A DNA stretch of 64,000 nucleotides, taken from assembly GCA_964635655.1 (NCBI GenBank), contig CAZWOC010000002.1:84319-148318 (forward strand). The letters run 5' to 3'. The stretch is from an uncultured Rikenella sp. Its GTDB lineage: Bacteria > Bacteroidota > Bacteroidia > Bacteroidales > VadinHA17. Positions 60,886-64,000 of this stretch are shown in pieces. Position numbers and translations under genes: made by a program. Every line of letters starts with the position of its first letter. The first letter of the stretch is position 1. The notes beneath the pieces are model-generated. The model saw only the letters and a program-made list of their open reading frames with translations, was not told the origin of the DNA and did not search any database.

Positions 60886-61518
60886 ATGAAAAAGGTAGCC
60901 TGTTTAGCCGGATGTGTTTTACTGCTTTTTGCTGCCTGTTCGAAGAATCCTGTTGCCGACTTTACCTTTTCATCCCCGGTGGAGGTCGGTGAAGAGGTTA
61001 TGTTCACCAATCAGTCAGAAAACGCTGACAAATTTTTCTGGGATTTCGGAGACGGATACACTTCAACATTGAGAGACCCTGTCCACACATTCGGAACGCC
61101 CGGAATTCATACAATTTCCCTGCAGGCAACCGGAGAAAAGGAATCAGTTTATGCAAACAGGGAACTGTCTGTTACCGGAATTACCTATTCATTTAAAAAC
61201 AAAACATTCTATGACATGCCCGGTTTCTTCTCCTATTACTGGGATGGCAACACTATGCTGGATTTTGTGGATCATGGAACACTGTACATGGACAAAGAGA
61301 CAGTAACAGTAATTACAAAAAGGAATTCCATCCACTTTGGTCTTTTTATCGGAGAGGATGTCTTTGTGTCAGAAGAGCTTCCGCTTATCGCCAACAAGCA
61401 TAATCAGATAGTCATAGGAGACCTTATTCTGTCAAAGGGGACAAAAGGAGCCACTGAAGAAGAGGACAGACAGCTTTCGGCATTAAGGTCAGGTATCAAC
61501 GGAAAACAGATTCACTGA
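60886..61518 (+). CDS. PKD-domain lipoprotein
   Basis: Lipobox FAAC; PVADFT, FTNQS, WDFGDG, PVHTF PKD signature. Confidence 0.85.
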   Translation: MKKVACLAGCVLLLFAACSKNPVADFTFSSPVEVGEEVMFTNQSENADKFFWDFGDGYTSTLRDPVHTFGTPGIHTISLQATGEKESVYANRELSVTGITYSFKNKTFYDMPGFFSYYWDGNTMLDFVDHGTLYMDKETVTVITKRNSIHFGLFIGEDVFVSEELPLIANKHNQIVIGDLILSKGTKGATEEEDRQLSALRSGINGKQIH

Positions 61519-61598
61519 GCAAATTTCAGGCTGAAGATTTATTTGACTTCCCTGGTATGGGGGTGTAACTTTATTTTCTCTAAACCACCACCAGGAAT

Positions 61599-62918
61599 AT
61601 GAAAAGAATTAACCGCAGGTCATTCCTGTCAAAATCGACAGCAATGATGGCAGGTGCCGGCATCGCAGGGTCCGGAGCAGTATTCAGCCGTGAGAACCGT
61701 TACCGGGAACAGCCACAGCCGGCAATCAGGGAATACAGGGTCCTCGGACGAACCGGATTCAAAGTGTCTGATATAGGATGCGGCTTCCCGGGTATGGCAA
61801 ATGAAGGCATCCTTAAAGCTGCTGTCGCCGGGGGGATCAATTTTATCGACACAATTGAGGGTCACGCAAACGGCAACAGTGAAGTGACTGTCGGAAGGGC
61901 CCTAAAAACAGGTTCAAGAGACAAACTGTTCATCAACTCAAAAATAGCTGTCACGGAAAAGGATACGAAGGAAACCCTTGTCTCAAGGGTAAGAAAGTCA
62001 CTTGAAAGACTAGAGACTGATTACTTGGACAGTCTTATGCTGTGGCATGCAACCTCTGCAAAGGATACTGAGAACAAGGTTTTCCACAGTGCAGTCAGGC
62101 AGATGAAGAAGGAAGGCATTGTACGGTTCAGCGGCGTTTCCTGTCACGGCACAAGCTTTACCGATGAACCTCCGGAAGCGATGGACAATGTGATATGCTC
62201 AGCTGTAAATAGTGGCAGATATGACATCGTAATGTTCGTTTACAACTATATCCAGCAGGATATGGGGGAAAAGATTCTTGAATGCTGTGAGAAGAATAAT
62301 GTCGGGTCAACCCTGATGAAAACGGATCCTTTCGGAGGGGCTTATTCAATTGTTACGAATATGGTCACAGGCTACCGGAATGAAAAGAAGGAAATCCCCC
62401 GGAATATTCAGAGTCTGTACTATAAGATAATGAAGAAACAGGAAGCGGCGATGCCATTCCTTACGGAGCATGGATTAGCTGACGTGCATCTCAGAAGAGA
62501 AGCAGCCATAAGCTTTGTGCTGAATAACCCGGCAGTCAGTACAGTACTGATATCATTTTCAAACTTTACCGAAGTGGCTGACTATATTAACCTGTCAGGA
62601 TCGCGTTTGACTGAGAGGGCTCTGTTATCAATCGGGGAACTGCGCGATACGTTTGGTCCGTTATATTGCCGTCATGCCTGCGGGATCTGTGAAAGCAGAT
62701 GCCCCGTCGGCGTCCCGGTTAACACAATAATGCGCTACAATAATTACTTCACTGCTCAGTCACGTGAGAAATTTGCCATGAGCCAGTACCTGGAACTCAA
62801 AGGACCCAATGCATCGAACTGTTCCAGTTGCCCGGGATTCTGTGAATCTGCCTGCCCTTACGGAGTACCTATCCATGCCCTGCTCCAGGATGCGCACAGA
62901 ACACTTAGCCTCTGCTGA
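61599..62918 (+). CDS. Tat-exported aldo/keto reductase with C-terminal 4Fe-4S dicluster domain
   Basis: NRRSFL twin-arginine signal, YRVLGRTGFKVS, SLERLETDYLD, CRHACGICESRCP and CSSCPGFCESACP. Confidence 0.88.
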   Translation: MKRINRRSFLSKSTAMMAGAGIAGSGAVFSRENRYREQPQPAIREYRVLGRTGFKVSDIGCGFPGMANEGILKAAVAGGINFIDTIEGHANGNSEVTVGRALKTGSRDKLFINSKIAVTEKDTKETLVSRVRKSLERLETDYLDSLMLWHATSAKDTENKVFHSAVRQMKKEGIVRFSGVSCHGTSFTDEPPEAMDNVICSAVNSGRYDIVMFVYNYIQQDMGEKILECCEKNNVGSTLMKTDPFGGAYSIVTNMVTGYRNEKKEIPRNIQSLYYKIMKKQEAAMPFLTEHGLADVHLRREAAISFVLNNPAVSTVLISFSNFTEVADYINLSGSRLTERALLSIGELRDTFGPLYCRHACGICESRCPVGVPVNTIMRYNNYFTAQSREKFAMSQYLELKGPNASNCSSCPGFCESACPYGVPIHALLQDAHRTLSLC

Positions 62919-63060
62919 GAGGTTCTGACTATTATTCAGCGAAGAATAATAAATAATGTAAGACATTCATTGCAAGCTGGTTGGACCGTGGAATTCTGAC
63001 CCATGCATTGTTTTTCAGCCCCACCGCTACAACAACGTGAGGGGCATTACGGAACCAGGT

Positions 63061-63378
63061 TTATCTGAGTTTAATAAAGTGATCAAAAATGCCAAGAAAG
63101 AGGTGTTCCTGGCCGGGAAGGCCCAGCTCATAAGTTGAACAGAGAAAATACTCCTTCCTTACTGTTCCGAGGCCGGCAAGTGATGCCGCAGGTCCGGAAA
63201 ATAAGCGTGTAAGGTCGCCTGTCAGGGTCTCGTCACCCTTTGCCTGTTTTTCGATCCTCTCTTTAAGGTATGTTGTGAATTGCTCCTCCGACGGGTTTTT
63301 TGTAAAAAGAAATACAACAACAAGAATTAGGATGAGCCATCCGATTGGAAATCTGCCTGATTTTTTTGCTGCACTCAT
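63061..63378 (-). CDS. DUF4359-like small membrane-anchored protein
   Basis: TM followed by TKNPSEEQF...RKEYFLCSTY...FLGIFDHF. Confidence 0.7.
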   Translation of the reverse strand: MSAAKKSGRFPIGWLILILVVVFLFTKNPSEEQFTTYLKERIEKQAKGDETLTGDLTRLFSGPAASLAGLGTVRKEYFLCSTYELGLPGQEHLFLGIFDHFIKLR

Positions 63379-63561
63379 TTTCGTGGTAGTCTTTTAAACT
63401 GTTCGTTATAATTCATCCGGGGACAAAATTACGACGGAAACACGGTTAAAAAAAGCATTCTGGTACATAGAGCAACAACTTTGGGACGTTGAGATAATTC
63501 AGTTTAATGATTTAGGCTGAACTTTGCCTCAGTATCAAGCATTAACTTAAACCATGCGGCT

Positions 63562-64000
63562 ATGAAAACACCAAAATTCCTTACCCTGATTTGCATCGGA
63601 TTGGGATTAGCTTTCATTGAGGCAAATTCTCAACCCATCAGAACTGAAATACCAATCCGGGTAGCTTTTTATGTTCCTTGTGTCAATGAATGGATTGGCG
63701 GAGATATTATCGCTGAAAGAGTTGAGTGGCGCAATGTGAAGGAAGGTACAATTCACATAGTGAGCAAGATACAACTCAAGTATGACCATGTCATACTATA
63801 CGGTCGAACAAGTCACCTTGAGTATTCTCTGAATTTCATATCATCAAGTGTATTCCCGGGAGAAGGCAGTCAGGGACAGGGAGCTGATATCAATCACTTT
63901 GTCAGGATGGCAATGGTGAGGTTGGATGGGAAATTGATAGCCCTGCTTCCGATTCTCGTTCAAAGGGTCATAACTCCTGACGGAGAAACGGTGGTTAATA
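63562..64000 (+). CDS. Hypothetical secreted protein (runs off window end)
   Basis: Not in ORF track. Open frame from ATG 63562 to the end: MKTPKFLTLICIGLGLAFIEANSQPIRTEIPIRVAFYVPCVNEW... Confidence 0.65.
   Translation, partial: MKTPKFLTLICIGLGLAFIEANSQPIRTEIPIRVAFYVPCVNEWIGGDIIAERVEWRNVKEGTIHIVSKIQLKYDHVILYGRTSHLEYSLNFISSSVFPGEGSQGQGADINHFVRMAMVRLDGKLIALLPILVQRVITPDGETVVN

Noticed and set aside
214-63789. Numerous 60-300 aa ORFs antisense to or nested in real genes (e.g. 7540-8073, 10770-11513, 15337-16038, 39919-40593, 47990-48886, 50392-50829)
   Set aside because: Shadow ORFs of well-supported genes, with no recognisable motifs.
1-64000. CRISPR arrays, DGR template/variable repeats, invertible promoters, rRNA, selenoprotein recoding
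   Set aside because: I saw no regularly spaced repeats, no reverse transcriptase or recombinase gene, no long duplicated segment and no SECIS-linked TGA. A by-eye scan could miss short or diverged cases.

Overview
Chromosomal segment of a Bacteroidota (Bacteroidales-like) organism, judged from SusC/D pairs, T9SS C-terminal domains and TAnnTTTG promoters. In order it contains: an ECF sigma/FecR/SusC/SusD/TlpA-redoxin operon; a PerR-led oxidative-stress operon (perR-ybaN-[catalase scar]-DPSL-peroxiredoxin); asnB and fumarase; a complete LacI-regulated starch/maltose PUL (MFS, beta-PGM, GH65, three GH13, SusC/D/E/F) with a DUF3857-transglutaminase gene pair in the middle; housekeeping genes (zupT, tRNA-Glu, rpsT, radC, folK, sppA, lpxK, PNP, asd, hflX, tonB); tRNA-Ala followed by an AT-rich islet of orphans and gene remnants; a TetR-regulated RND efflux operon; and a few accessory genes. 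I found no rRNA, CRISPR array, integrase or transposase. I cannot demonstrate a new multi-gene system from sequence alone. The best leads are absent from the ORF track: a 33-codon catalase deletion scar, a structured ~105-nt RNA leader upstream of tRNA-Ala(GGC), an hflX lacking any canonical start codon behind a strong hairpin, an inactive/active DUF3857 pair inside the starch PUL, and an FN3-repeat-extended SusF. All family assignments come from motif recognition; no database search was run.
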